Assembly (NCBI RefSeq): GCF_964355755.1
Contig: NC_092676.1
Span: 11,323,888 to 11,387,887 of the forward strand
Length of the DNA: 64,000 nt
Origin: Antedon mediterranea
Lineage: Eukaryota > Animalia > Echinodermata
Reading direction: 5' to 3'
Shown here: in pieces, positions 52,063 to 64,000 of the stretch
Numbering within the stretch: the stretch's first letter is position 1
How the letters are laid out: each line of letters begins with the position of its first letter
The notes under the pieces: model-generated
Told to the model about the DNA's origin: nothing
Databases searched by the model: none
Seen by the model: only the letters and a program-made list of their open reading frames with translations
Made by a program: the position numbers and the translations under genes

Positions 52063-55006
52063 GCACCTAAGTAGATTCTTATTTTTTTCTTATTTTCATT
52101 TAATTACAGGATAGTGGATCACATGATATAAAACAAAATTTCTATTGCACTCTTAATTACGCACGAGTACAGCAATTTCGTTAGCGCATTCATTGTTTCC
52201 ACAGTGACACGTCTCTAATATTAGCCGCTCGCAGTTGGCAAAACGATCGTAGCCTAAAATAATAAATCATTTTGTTTGACAAATCCAAATGAAACTAGAA
52301 TTTAATTCGTCACTTTGACGAATTATAGGTGATCAATTTTATCATTTTATTGACATTCATATTTTTTAAACATGCACGTATGTTAACATACAATCGGAAA
52401 ATGTTGATGTATGCCATCCTATTATACGCTTTATAGTGCTGAGTTGTGCCTATTATATGCCATATACAATATGTACAGTATATACTGTACTGTGTATATC
52501 TACAGTGTAGCATAGGTGAAATTACGGGACCCACATCATGTTCTAATTTTTTGGTATGATGGAATTATCAAAATAAACTTGAAGTTGACAATTTCGAAAG
52601 ATAATGAATTGAGCAAATAAATAAAAGAATTGTAAGAGAAATTGGCACGTAGAAGCGCAATGCGCGCTCTTTGAAATTTGCATAACTTTGACGAAAGAGA
52701 TGAAAAAACTACTTTTTAACTTCATCTGGCCATATGTTGACGTCACAACATCCGATAGGCTTGGTTTTTATATGAATTCATATCTACATTTCATCAGCTT
52801 TCATAATAAATTAAAATCATCAAGGTAACCTTCAATTTTGAAGAGCTGTAAGATATTCAAATTTACGGCGAAGGTGAAATTACACGACCTACGTTATTCA
52901 AGTTTTTACGCGTGATGACGTCATCAAAATGAAAACACTGACAACTTATGAGAAAGATAAATAATTAAGCAAGCACACACTGAAATTTGTGCGAAAATCG
53001 AGCTCAAATAGCGGAGATGCGCTCTATTGAATGTGATAACCTACACAAAACGGAAAAAAATCCTAATTTTTAAATTCAAGTGGCCATTTGATGACGTAAT
53101 ACAGTACCATTTTGTACGTCTAATGTGTATATACATTTATATCTACAACTCAATGGCTTCCCGAATAAGTTAAAAAACTTAGGGGTCATCGTGCATTCTG
53201 AAGAGTTATTTTCATTTTAAAAAAGACATATTTTTTACAATTTTCAGAACTTTTGTACAATTAATGTGTGCATTTTGTCATTTGTAATGTGCTCATAGAC
53301 CGGGCGCCCGGAAGATTTATTCATGTGAAAAGATACAAAAGGTTTGATGATGTAGTTTGTGCGTATTAGGGTGAGATGCAATATTCGACATTGCTGCCGG
53401 GTCACAGCCTGTACATAGGGCCTGTGGGGATCATAACATAGGGGGGTAAAAATGCATTTATTCATGTGAAGCGATACAAGGATAAACTTTTTTGGATATC
53501 ATTCGCAGTGGGCTACTAATGATTACATCACCAATGACAGCAACTTTATCCTGTACATAAGATCAGACAGCAGCCCTAAAGGTCCGCAGTTTCCCCCTAT
53601 TCAGCTATATACTCAGCGCGTATGTCGTCTTATGGCGTTCAGCTGAGTTAGAAATACGTGATACGGACTCGGACTGACAATAAATACACAGTAGAATGAT
53701 AAAACAATAAATAAAGAGAGCAGTTGTTTGCTGTACCAAATCATCAAACTCTTAGGAACTCGCCCAAAATGGGTTTATCCATGAAGTATGAATCATTTAA
53801 AAAAAAATGTTGTTTTTTTCACTTTATCCGGTACACAGCAGCTCAAATGCCCGAGGCTCCATTCGTGATCAACAATGTCGATAATACAAACACATTCACG
53901 ATAACGAGTGACTTTTATTTTATAATTGAAATATATCTTTATTTTGGAATAGTAAATAACACAAAAAAAAACACTTAAAATAACCAACAGCAGATTTGTA
54001 TTTTAGGGTAACATTTTGAACAATCATTTTTATATCAAAATCATTATTTCGATCAAAATAATATAATTTAAGAATATTTTTCAGATAAACCATGGATAAA
54101 AGAATTAGAAGGATATGCATCGACGGCGACATCAAACGATTTTACAACGCGCTTGCCTATACTAAAGCACTGCTGCCAATCAAACATTGAACTCCCGTGT
54201 CTCTAACCGCGGCCCTCTGTAGAACGCTGCGAATCAACTGCTACATTTTTTTAGACCAAAACGTAACCATGTAGAAATCGTATGCGCAGTCTGAATGTTC
54301 TATTGACATGTCTGCGTCGATGATTAATTGACAACAAAAATGTATTGCTGAACAATTCTGTTTTAGTTTCATAACAATCGGACTACGAAAAGTTCACTTT
54401 CTTACGACTGGTAATTTTAAGTAGTTGGTAATATTAATAAAATATGCAATTTTTATATTTGAAGTATCAAATATTTGCCTGCCATCTTCTGTCATTAAAA
54501 ATTGCGTTAATCTATAGAATATTAAATTATGCATTTGACCATGTATGTTGTTAGCGTGTCCGGTGTCCACACACAGAACAATCATGTTTTTAATATATGG
54601 CTAAGCAGTGGTTTCTTCATAAATCTCCTTAATTATCGATGTAATTATATTTAAATTTTAGTGCCTGGTGATTGGCTAGTGGTTATGTCATCCACATCAC
54701 ATCCAATCACCGGGCCTAATTGAATGAAAACATCGATCCTTGATCCGGGATTGGCTGGCTATGTATAGTTGCGATACGTTACCTAGCGGTCGTTTTGAAA
54801 AGTACACGCATGGCAAACTTAATCACGAACAAACGAAGTACGGTACCTATTATTATTCACACAAGAAGTAAGACAACGGTGAGTATATACCGTAGATCAT
54901 GATTACACGTTGTATCTACTACACTTAATATTAGCCTAGGCCTACCTAGGCAGTATCAATGTCGGCAAATCATATGGTTTACTAGTAAGCCTAGAAGGCC
55001 TAGGCC

Positions 55007-55947
55007 TAGTCTGGGTTCCAGACGGAGTTTTGTCTTAATATTAGTAAAAAGATAAATATTTTGGCACATATGGCGTTTCATACGTATACTACTTGATTTT
55101 GGATACTCCGTCTGGGGAAACACGCACAAGTCACGTGGTTTGACATCAAGAATTCTTGGCGCATACGATTATCCGGTTGACTATTTCAGCTGCATGCGAT
55201 TGGCTACTCACTCGTACACCGTTTTAATATTCATATTTCAGAAGTTCAAAGACTCAACAACTAAGATGGTGCGCATGCGCTATGTTACGTTTAGACAACG
55301 TGTACTTGGTACATTGATGAAAGTTTCTGAAGGCTAGAAATGATTTTATATGCCTAGTAGTTTGGTAAACATTTGATGGGATTTTTCCCAAGAACATGAA
55401 AACTCGTCTTGATAAGATAGGCTGCTTCTCCGCAAATCAAACATATCATTTATTACGCGGAGATAATTTGATTTAATTCCCACCCAGACCCTGTCCTGTT
55501 CTGTGTAGTGTGTGGTGTAGCTTTGTTGTGTGCCGGTGGTATGTAGGCCTACTTTATTGGCGTTTTATTTGGCAGGTCATACGTGCGAGTTGAGTAGGAC
55601 CTACGAAAGAGGCATAGGCCTAGGCCAATGACTAAACAATTAATAAAAAAACAACTTGGCAACACGATTTTATCAACAGTCTCGTCTCGTACATTCAGCA
55701 CTGTACGTACTCGATCTTTTCCATTTTGAAACAAGATGATCATTGGTTGATTCGAAATCTATATTTACATACCGCCCGCCCCATATAGCCAAATACGGTA
55801 TGATCACCTACGTCATTCTTATCGGACGTTTGCGGTCTACAAATCGATTTCTATACGCGTTTCACAAGTCTGTATTTTCAGACAAAAATCGCGGTCGCAA
55901 TAAAAACAAATAAATAAAAAAGAAAATACAGACTTGGGGCAAGTCTA
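55007..55947 (-). mobile_element. AcademH-like non-autonomous element, copy 2
   Basis: Reverse-complement homolog of 3720-4676; 9-bp TSD GCCTAGGCC at 54998-55006 and 55948-55956. Confidence 0.75.
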
Positions 55948-56769
55948 GCCTAGGCCTAGTATCCTTGCTGATTTTGTAATTTTACATGTAGGCTGAGACA
56001 ACAAATAGTTGTCTCCAAAGTCAAACTTTTAATTGTTACTGTACTAATATTAGACAGTGATATCTGATAAAACGCAACATTAATTAATATTAATAATACT
56101 GAACCAAATTAAATGTCGTTACTTATCCACAATGGATCAACTACTGTATTGATTATTGGACATTATTTTACTAACTAACATAAGAATGTGATATCTGATA
56201 AAACGCAACAAACTGAATCGAATTAAATATTGTTACTTATCCATAATGGATCGACTACTGTATTGATTACTGCACATTATTTTACTATAACTGCCCAAGT
56301 CAAATTTAAAATTGTTACTGTACTAACATTAGACAGTGATATCTGCAACATACTCAGGACCAAATTAAATACCGTTACTTATCCATAATGGATCGACTAC
56401 TGTATCAATTATTCATTGCACATTATTTTACTATAACTGCCCAAGTCAAATTTAAAATTGTTACACTAATAACACTGGACCAAATTAAATATCGTTGCTT
56501 ATCTCTAACAGAACCCAGGTCGAATATTTTACATGCAGTGTAACTACCGACACACTGTAAAATCACAATTGAGCAAAGACATCGAGGTTACTGGCTGTAT
56601 GCATTAAATTACTAAATATTGTACATTCCTCATATTCCATTACTCTGAACAGAATACACGATATGATAAAACCAATAGGGGCTATTGGATTTCTTTTTAC
56701 ATGATTTGTGACAGCATCATTTATAAATTTGATTATATCACACTGTAATGATACTGGATTTTACCGCAA

Positions 56770-57363
56770 AGGCAAGTCAATCCCATTTTACATATTATTT
56801 AGTGAAGGACAAGAAACATGTTGCTGCATTGCGATCGCTTTGTGGTGACAGGATGGACAAACCTGCAGTCACTGCCCATGTATGCAAGATATATGGGTTT
56901 AAAAGCATGAACAGTATTAATGAGGCCAGGTACCAATCGCTTCGCAAAATGACAACTGGAAAGAAGAAATTCAAGAAGATCAACTGTTCGTCATTGCCAC
57001 CATGTGAAATCACAATCACCCAGCATCTGTTGAGGGCAAATTATGTATATCTATTATGTGGAGACACGCTCATACTCCTCAGCCAACACAAAACCTACAC
57101 CCATTAAACTATGATGGGTTGATAATGGTGATGGAAGGTATGTACCTAAATGGTTTGAAGGAAATGCTCTACCAGATACGTTGACTAGTGATCCACACTC
57201 GGAACAAAGTGCTGAATCAAACACAGTTCTTGACGATACTTATTCAGGAATATTGGAACAAAGTTATGATGAAGAACTTGAAATAATATATTTTGAAGCT
57301 GAAATCGATGATGACCAACCTTGGAGTGATGACAGAGAAAGTGACTGTGATGATGACGAATAG
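56770..57363 (+). pseudogene. C-terminal remnant of an Academ transposase
   Basis: VCKIYG...INEARY...SSLPPC...QHLLRANY, then a frameshifted YVPKWFEGNALP and an acidic tail. Confidence 0.7.
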
Positions 57364-59701
57364 ATAAACTCAAAAGATTATGCATTACGGCTGATTTAAT
57401 AGTTTTTAATCGTTTACATAAAACATTTGAGAGTTTTGAAGTAAATATTGTATAATATTGTATAATATATCAAATGTAAATACTGAACTATTTGATCCAT
57501 AGATAGTTGGCAAGAAGAATCCAGTATCATTACAGTGTGATATAATCAAATTTATAAATGACGCTGTCACAAATCATGTAAAAAGAAATCCAATAGCCCC
57601 TATTGGTTTTATTATATCGTGTATTCTGTTTAGCTAGTAACAATGGAATATGATGAATGTACAATATTCAGTTATTTAATGCATACAGCCAGTAACCTCG
57701 ATGTCTTTGCTCAATTGTGCTTTTACAGTGTGTCGGTAGTTACACTGCATGTAAAATATTCGACCTGGGTTCAGTGCAATAATCAATACAGTAGTCGATC
57801 CATTGTGGATAAGTAATGATATTTAATTTTGTCCAGTATTATTAATATCTTTTATCAGATATCACTGTATAATGTTAGTACAGTAACAATTTTAAATTTG
57901 ACTTAGGCAGTTATAGTAAAATAATGTGCAATAATCGATACAGTAGTCGATCCATTATGGATAAGTAACGATATTTAATTTGGTCCTGAGTATGCATTTT
58001 ATCAGATATCACTGTATAATGTTAGTACAGTAACAATTTTAAATTTGACTTGGGCAGTTTATAGTAAAATAATGTGCAATAATCGATACAGTAGTCGATC
58101 CATTATGGATAAGTAACGATATTTAATTTGGTCCTGAGTATGTTGCATTTTATCAGATATCACTGTCTAATGTTAGTAGTACAGTAACAATTTTATATTT
58201 GACTAGGGCAGTTATAGTAAAATAATGTGCAGTAATCAATACAGTAGTCGATCCATTGTGGATAAGTAACGATATTTAATTTGGTTCAGTATTATTAATA
58301 TTAATTAATGTTGCCTTTTATCAGATATCACTGCCTAATGTTAGTACAGTAACAATTAAAAATTTGACTTTGTTTGAGTTAAAGTAAAACAATGTGCAGT
58401 AATCGATACAGTAGTCGATCCATTATGGACAAGTAACGATGTTTAAAATGTTGGCAGATTAAGTTATTTGTTGGTTTTTATCAGTCTAATTCACATGAAA
58501 ACGGTTACTTTTTTAAAATTTAAATTGAGTTAAAAATACATTAATAGTGTGCAATCGATAGTCTAATCTATACCTTACCAATTCTCTAAGTGATTATGTT
58601 GAATTCGAACTATTATTTACTTTACTATTATGTTATGTTATGTTAAAAAATGTTGCAAATTTAGATTTCGTTGCCTTTTTTCATATAGACATATCACTAG
58701 TGTCTAGTGTGTAATTAAAACAATATTTAAATGGAGTTATAATAATAATGTACAATAATCGGTACCGGTGTCGATCATTATGAGTGTAATTATTTAGTTT
58801 ATCTGAAAAATATTCTTCAATTATATTATTTTGATCGAAATAATGATTTTGATATAATATTGATTGTTCAAAATGTTACACAAATCTGCTGTTGGTTAGT
58901 TTAAGTGTTTTTGTTGGTGTTATTTATTATTCCAAAATAAAGATATATTTCAATTATAAAATAAAAGTCACACGTTATCGTGAATGTGTTTGTATTATCA
59001 ACATTGTTAATCACGAATGGAGCCTCGGGCATTTGAGCTGCTGTACGTGTACCGGATAAAGTGAAAAAAAAACCATTTTTTTCAAAAATGATTACACACT
59101 TCATGGATAAACCCATTTTGGGCGAGTTCCTAAGAGTTTGATGTTTGATGATTTGGTACAGGAAACAACTGCTTTCTTTATTTATTGTTTTAGCATTCTA
59201 CTGTGTATTTATTGTCAGTCCGAGTCGTCCGTATCACGTATTTCTAACTCAGCTGAACGCCATTAAACGACATACGCGCCGAGTATATAGCCGAATAGGG
59301 GGAAACTGCGGACCTTTAGGGCTCGGCTGCTGTCTGAGCTTATGTACAGGATAAAGTTGCATTGGTGTTTTTGACATCCCCAATATATACTGCTGCCATT
59401 AAAAAAAGATTCAACCTTGTATCGCTTCACATGAATAAACCCATTTGGGCGTGGCCCTAAAATGTTGCTATTAGGATAAAGTTGCTGTCATTGGTGATGT
59501 TATCATTAGTAGCCCACTGCGAATGATATCCAAAAAAGTTTATCCTTGTATCGCTTCACATAAATAAATGCATTTTTACCCCCCTATGTTATGATCCCCA
59601 CAGGCCCTATGTACAGGCTGTGACCCGGCAGCAATGTCGAATATTGCATCTCGCCCTAATACGCACCTAACTACATCATCAAACCTTTTGTATCTTTTCA
59701 C

Positions 59702-61438
59702 ATGAATAAATCTTCCGGGCGCCCGGTCTACAAATCTAACATCTCAAAACAAGAAAGAGTTGCTCTTAATACATTAAAAAAGGACAAAGAAATAATGGTA
59801 ATGGGTGCCGACAAGGGCAAGTGTATTGTCGTTCAAAATAAGAAAGAGTATGAAAGCAAGGTTAAGGAAATGTTAAACGATCATAACACGTATGAAAAGC
59901 TTACCAAAGATCCTACTCCGGGTTACAAACGGAAGTTAGTTGAGATTTTGAAAAGACTAAAAACCGAAAACAAGATCAATGAAAGCCACTACAGGTTACT
60001 CTATCCTACCGCCGAAAATACACCTAGAATGTACTGTACCACCAAGATCCACAAACAGGGAAATCCTATAAGACCGATAGTGGATTACACCGGGTCGATT
60101 GGATATCAAACCTCAAAAGCCCTTGCCGAGATACTCGCCCCGCTCGTAGGTACCACCGAACATCATGTTGTGAACTCCAAATCTCTCGCGGAGGAAATGA
60201 CAGCGATAATGATTGACGATGGGGACATTCTTAATTCTCACGATGTCGTATCCTTGTTCACTAACACCCCTATCGAAAAAGCCTTGGACGTCATTAAAGA
60301 TAGACTGATAAATGACAAAACTCTAAACCAAAGAACTAATTTAAACCCGGACGACGTTATTGCTCTTTTAGAATTTATCTGCACAACAACATATTTCAGC
60401 TTCAGGGGACAAATTTATCGTCAGATATTTGGTGCTGCCATGGGCAGCCCTGTTAGTGCAATCCTGGCCAATCTGTTTATGGAATGGTTAGAGAGAGAAG
60501 CCATCGCTACATCACCTCTCGATTGTAAGCCGAAGCTGTGGCGTCGCTACGTTGATGATGTGTTAGAGATAATTCAAAAAGACAGTACACAAAAACTTAC
60601 TGACCACCTCAACTCCATCGATCCAACGGGCAACATCAAGTTCACGTTTGAGGAAGAAGATCAGGGAAAAATCCCCTTCCTGGACACATTAATCGTCGGG
60701 AAAGAAGATGGGTCACTGAAATTGCTGGTGTACAGGAAAAAGACACATACTGACCAGTACCTGAACTTCCAATCTCAACACCCGCTACACCAAAAGCTAG
60801 GGGTCATCAGAACGCTCATGGATAGAATGGAGAACATAGTTACAGAGGAGGCGGATAAGAAAGAAGAAGAAGTTAAGATCAGGAATGCGCTTAGGAAATG
60901 TGGATACCCCAAATGGACACTGGACAGAGTCAAACAACAAATAAAAAATAAACAACCAAAGCAGAGAAATAAGAACAAAGAGTCGGAGACACCATCAAAG
61001 GGTATGGTTGTTTTACCTTATGTCGAAGGAGTGGCAGAACAAGCTCAAAGGATTTTTAAGAAATATGGTATTTCCACCGCCATGCATCCAACGAACACTC
61101 TTAAAAGCATTCTAGTCCACCCCAAAGACAAGAAGGACATCACCCAAACAAGTGACATTGTTTACGACATTCCTTGCAAAAGTTGCAAGAAATCGTACAT
61201 TGGGGAAACAGGTCGTCAATTTGGAGTAAGACTGAAAGAACACCAAAAATACACTGATACGGTCACCAACCGTAAATACACCCGGGCAGCTAGAAAGGAA
61301 TCAACATCCGAAATCCACAAATCCGCCATCACAGACCATGCAGCGCAAGAAAACCACATCATCGATTGGGAGGGGGCCAACATTCTTGACAGAGACTCAA
61401 CCCATTTAAGCGTAGAATCAGAGAGGCAATCCAAATAA
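59702..61438 (+). CDS. Penelope-like reverse transcriptase plus GIY-YIG endonuclease; 5'-truncated, frameshifted at the 3' end
   Basis: ADKG, KIHK..PIRPIV, DVVSLFT, GAAMGSPVS, RYVDD, IPFLD, YRKKTHTDQYL, IVYDIPCKSCKKSYIGETGR; the native C-terminus (REAIQI, INRDEG) lies in other frames at 61400-61570. Confidence 0.9.
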   Translation: MNKSSGRPVYKSNISKQERVALNTLKKDKEIMVMGADKGKCIVVQNKKEYESKVKEMLNDHNTYEKLTKDPTPGYKRKLVEILKRLKTENKINESHYRLLYPTAENTPRMYCTTKIHKQGNPIRPIVDYTGSIGYQTSKALAEILAPLVGTTEHHVVNSKSLAEEMTAIMIDDGDILNSHDVVSLFTNTPIEKALDVIKDRLINDKTLNQRTNLNPDDVIALLEFICTTTYFSFRGQIYRQIFGAAMGSPVSAILANLFMEWLEREAIATSPLDCKPKLWRRYVDDVLEIIQKDSTQKLTDHLNSIDPTGNIKFTFEEEDQGKIPFLDTLIVGKEDGSLKLLVYRKKTHTDQYLNFQSQHPLHQKLGVIRTLMDRMENIVTEEADKKEEEVKIRNALRKCGYPKWTLDRVKQQIKNKQPKQRNKNKESETPSKGMVVLPYVEGVAEQAQRIFKKYGISTAMHPTNTLKSILVHPKDKKDITQTSDIVYDIPCKSCKKSYIGETGRQFGVRLKEHQKYTDTVTNRKYTRAARKESTSEIHKSAITDHAAQENHIIDWEGANILDRDSTHLSVESERQSK

Positions 61439-61612
61439 CGCAATCAACCGCGACGAAGGGGCTGTATATCTCGATCACGTATACACATCATTGCTACCAA
61501 AAAGTATGACGTCACCTAGAAACAATAACAACAGATTTCCAGGAAGTAGCAGTGGACCGGATCACTTGTGATCAAGCCATCAGCCAAGATGGCGAAAGCT
61601 AAAGAATGTGAG
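59731..61612 (+). mobile_element. Penelope-like retroelement
   Basis: RT-GIY-YIG coding region followed by a pLTR-like tail with a hammerhead-like motif and a GTGAGT donor. Confidence 0.85.
61567..61600 (+). ncRNA. Degenerate minimal hammerhead-ribozyme-like motif of the Penelope pLTR
   Basis: GTGATCAA-GCCATC-AGCCAA-GATGGC-GAAA-GCT; stem II and GAAA are intact, but the CUGANGA box deviates. Confidence 0.45.
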
Positions 61613-61670
61613 TAATTAGGTGATCATTTAGAATAAAATGATCACCTATTGTTATTGTATAAAATCTTTA

Positions 61671-63275
61671 TTGGTTATCCGCAACTTAGTTGCGGATAAC
61701 CTATGTGATTGTAAATATCTTTTTTTTTCTTCTTCTTTGTTATTCTTCTTTCTTTCCCAGATTTTTGTCCACAGCATATCCCATATTGCTTGTCAACATA
61801 ACTTTGTATAACTTGGTAAAAAGATTGACATTGAAGTGTAGATGTGCAGCCAAGCTTTTTGACGATGTCAAAGTTGCGTTGCGTAAGATACGCGCGATTT
61901 TATGAATTTCTATAACTGATCATAACTTTAGAACCAACAAATATTCTTTCATTAAACTTAATATCAGGGGCAAACTTTCTACGGATTAAAAATGGCATGT
62001 TTCACAAGAAGTTACGCGCGCACGCGCATTTAAAATTTCAAAATGCGCAAAATTAATTTCTAATCAACTTTTTACGCGTTTCATGTCACTTTGAGCATGT
62101 CAAAAATTCCCACGGGCGCGCAATTTTTTACGCACGCGGTGCGCACGTAGCGATAAAAACATATTTTTTTCTCTTGAATTATATTTTTCAAGCCTTTCCT
62201 AGTAATTTTGAAAACAATTTAGACCTTTTCCAGTTTAAATAACGCCATACGAACACGTTGAATTAGACAATTTGTGCGCGTTTTTTATGAAAAAGCTTAA
62301 AAAATCATCAAAATAATGTCTTTTTTTAAACAGTCATAGTTTCTAAAGTAAACCGTGAACCGGTTATTTTTATTACAAAATCTAGAAGTTGATGAGTTGC
62401 AGATATCGGATCATGCATCGATAAGGCTAAAAAAACATTGTGACGTAATCGTTTGGCCACACGAATGTAAAATATAGGATTTTTGTCTGTTTCGTTATTG
62501 CTCATCACATTCAATGGAGCGCATCACGCTTATCTGTATTCCTTTTTCTCCTATATTTATATATTGTTTAGGTCAATCAACTTTCTTTAGCATGAGATAA
62601 AAATATTTAAATTTTTATAACGTCATCATGCCTAAAAATTTTAATTACTTGGGTCATTAATTTCATCTTTACAGTAAATTTTAATCTGTAATACCTCGTA
62701 AGAATAAAATGTGATAATCACGATTAAAACGTTTTCTGGAAGCTATAGGATTGTAGATACGTACGAATTCATGTAAACATTTTGCCAATCGGATGTTGTG
62801 ACGTCATCATATTGCCAGTTGAATAAAAAAAGTCGTATTTTCATATTTTGCGTAATAGTTCATCACATTTAAATGTGCGCGCACCAACATTTTACGTATT
62901 CAAATTTCTTCTACACGTTAATATGTTGTTGCTAAGATAATTTTCTTCAGAAATTGCTATCGTTGTGTTGTTTTTTTTATGACGTCATCATGTTAAATAT
63001 TTGAATTAAAGGCAGGTCCATTAATTCAGTTAATATGTCATATAATATACAGTAGTACAATGTACACCAGCATAGTCTCTGATGTGAGCAAATTGTTGTT
63101 TGCCGCCCTCTGTATCATGTAGAATTAATGTCTCCTTTTATACACAGTGTACTGTATAATTATAATACAAGGCGAAAATACAGGACCACCTCTTATAGTT
63201 TTTAACGTATGACGTGCACGTGGCATCTGTCGTGCGGATAACTAACTCGTCAAAGTGACGAGTTTCATGTCTAGT
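61671..63275 (+). mobile_element. Helentron-associated non-autonomous element (HINE/DINE-1-like)
   Basis: 5' palindrome GGTTATCCGCAACTTAGTTGCGGATAACC, then a TTC tract; 3' subTIR GCGGATAAC, hairpin AACTCGTC-AAAGT-GACGAGTT and terminal CTAGT. Confidence 0.75.
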
Positions 63276-64000
63276 TGGTTATCCGCAACGAAGTTGCAGG
63301 ATAACCTCTTGTGATTGTACGAAATCATCAACATCAACTTTTTATTTTTTGGTTATCCGCAACGAAGTTGCAGGATAACCTCTTGTGATTGTACGAAATC
63401 ATCATCAACATCTTTTTTAGTTATCCGCATTGAGCGGATAACTCCTTGTTATTGTCCAGATTCTTTTTGGTTATCCGCAACTTAGTTGCAGGATAACCCA
63501 TGTGATTGTAAATATCTTTTTTGGTTATCCGCACTTGGCGGATAACCTCTTGTTATTGTCAGGATCTTTTTTTTTTTTTTTTTTTTTCTTTATTCTTCTT
63601 TCTTTCCACGAATTTTGTTCGCAGCGTATCTCTAATTCTGGCCAACATATGATTGTATAACTTTGTCAAAAGGTTGCCCTGTAGCTGTAGATGTGCAAGA
63701 AACTTTTTTTTAAAAATTTCGAGTCGCGCAGCGTAAGTTACGCGCGATTTTATGAATTTCAATGATTGATCATAGAATAAAAACTAATAATCATTTTGTA
63801 TTGAAACTTGGAGAAACTTTAAGTGATATCATGCGCAAAGTTTCTATGGATTGAAAATGGCATGTTTCAAAAAAAGTTACGCGCGCACGCGCGTTTAAAA
63901 TTTCAAAATGCGTAAAATTAATTTCTAATCAACTTTCTACGCGTTTCAGGTCATTTTGAACATTTCAAAAATTCCCACGCGTGCGCAATTTTTTTACGCG
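63276..64000 (+). mobile_element. Stack of five Helentron/HINE 5' ends followed by a body truncated by the window edge
   Basis: GTTATCCGCA...GGATAAC palindromes at ~63277, 63351, 63420, 63469 and 63523; body 63600-64000 is homologous to 61750-62130. Confidence 0.75.

Larger units (their letters stand above)
53296..59730 (+). mobile_element. Academ-type giant foldback element
   Basis: TAGACCGGGCGCCCGGAAG / CTTCCGGGCGCCCGGTCTA termini; 53296-54090 mirrors 58795-59730; 56020-56760 mirrors 57518-58440, including ~120-bp tandem units; flanks TCA and CAA are not a TSD. Confidence 0.8.

Overview
AT-rich invertebrate metazoan nuclear DNA, probably a marine deuterostome; echinoderm-like is a guess from the repeat content. 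It is not prokaryotic and has no CRISPR. The only host gene recognised is MEAF6/Eaf6 (6 exons, 22058-48493, + strand, 184 aa), whose 18.9-kb first intron is packed with transposons. Most of the remainder is nested mobile DNA, much of it with readable TIRs and TSDs: hAT, MULE, P, Merlin, Zator, IS3EU-like, Kolobok, Academ, AcademH-like, Tc1/pogo, Helitron, Helentron, tRNA- and 5S-derived SINEs, and Penelope. The highlight, hidden from the ORF track by splicing, is a 10-exon, fully in-frame 953-aa RAG1-like (Chapaev/N-RAG-TP type) transposase at 14977-11050 (-). It carries the RAG1 N-terminal zinc finger and RING, a complete D-D-E core with C2H2 zinc ligands, and a ~100-aa helical insertion. It has no RAG2 partner and no canonical CAC..GTG ends; it sits inside unrelated-looking inverted termini. 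Also notable: an intact 1111-aa three-exon Zator transposase in a complete element, several probable P-superfamily excision footprints, an Academ TIR that supplies a start codon to a truncated Penelope RT, a stack of Helentron 5' ends, and TAGGCCTA motif clusters that also occur inside a coding exon. All coordinates and splice models were read by eye.
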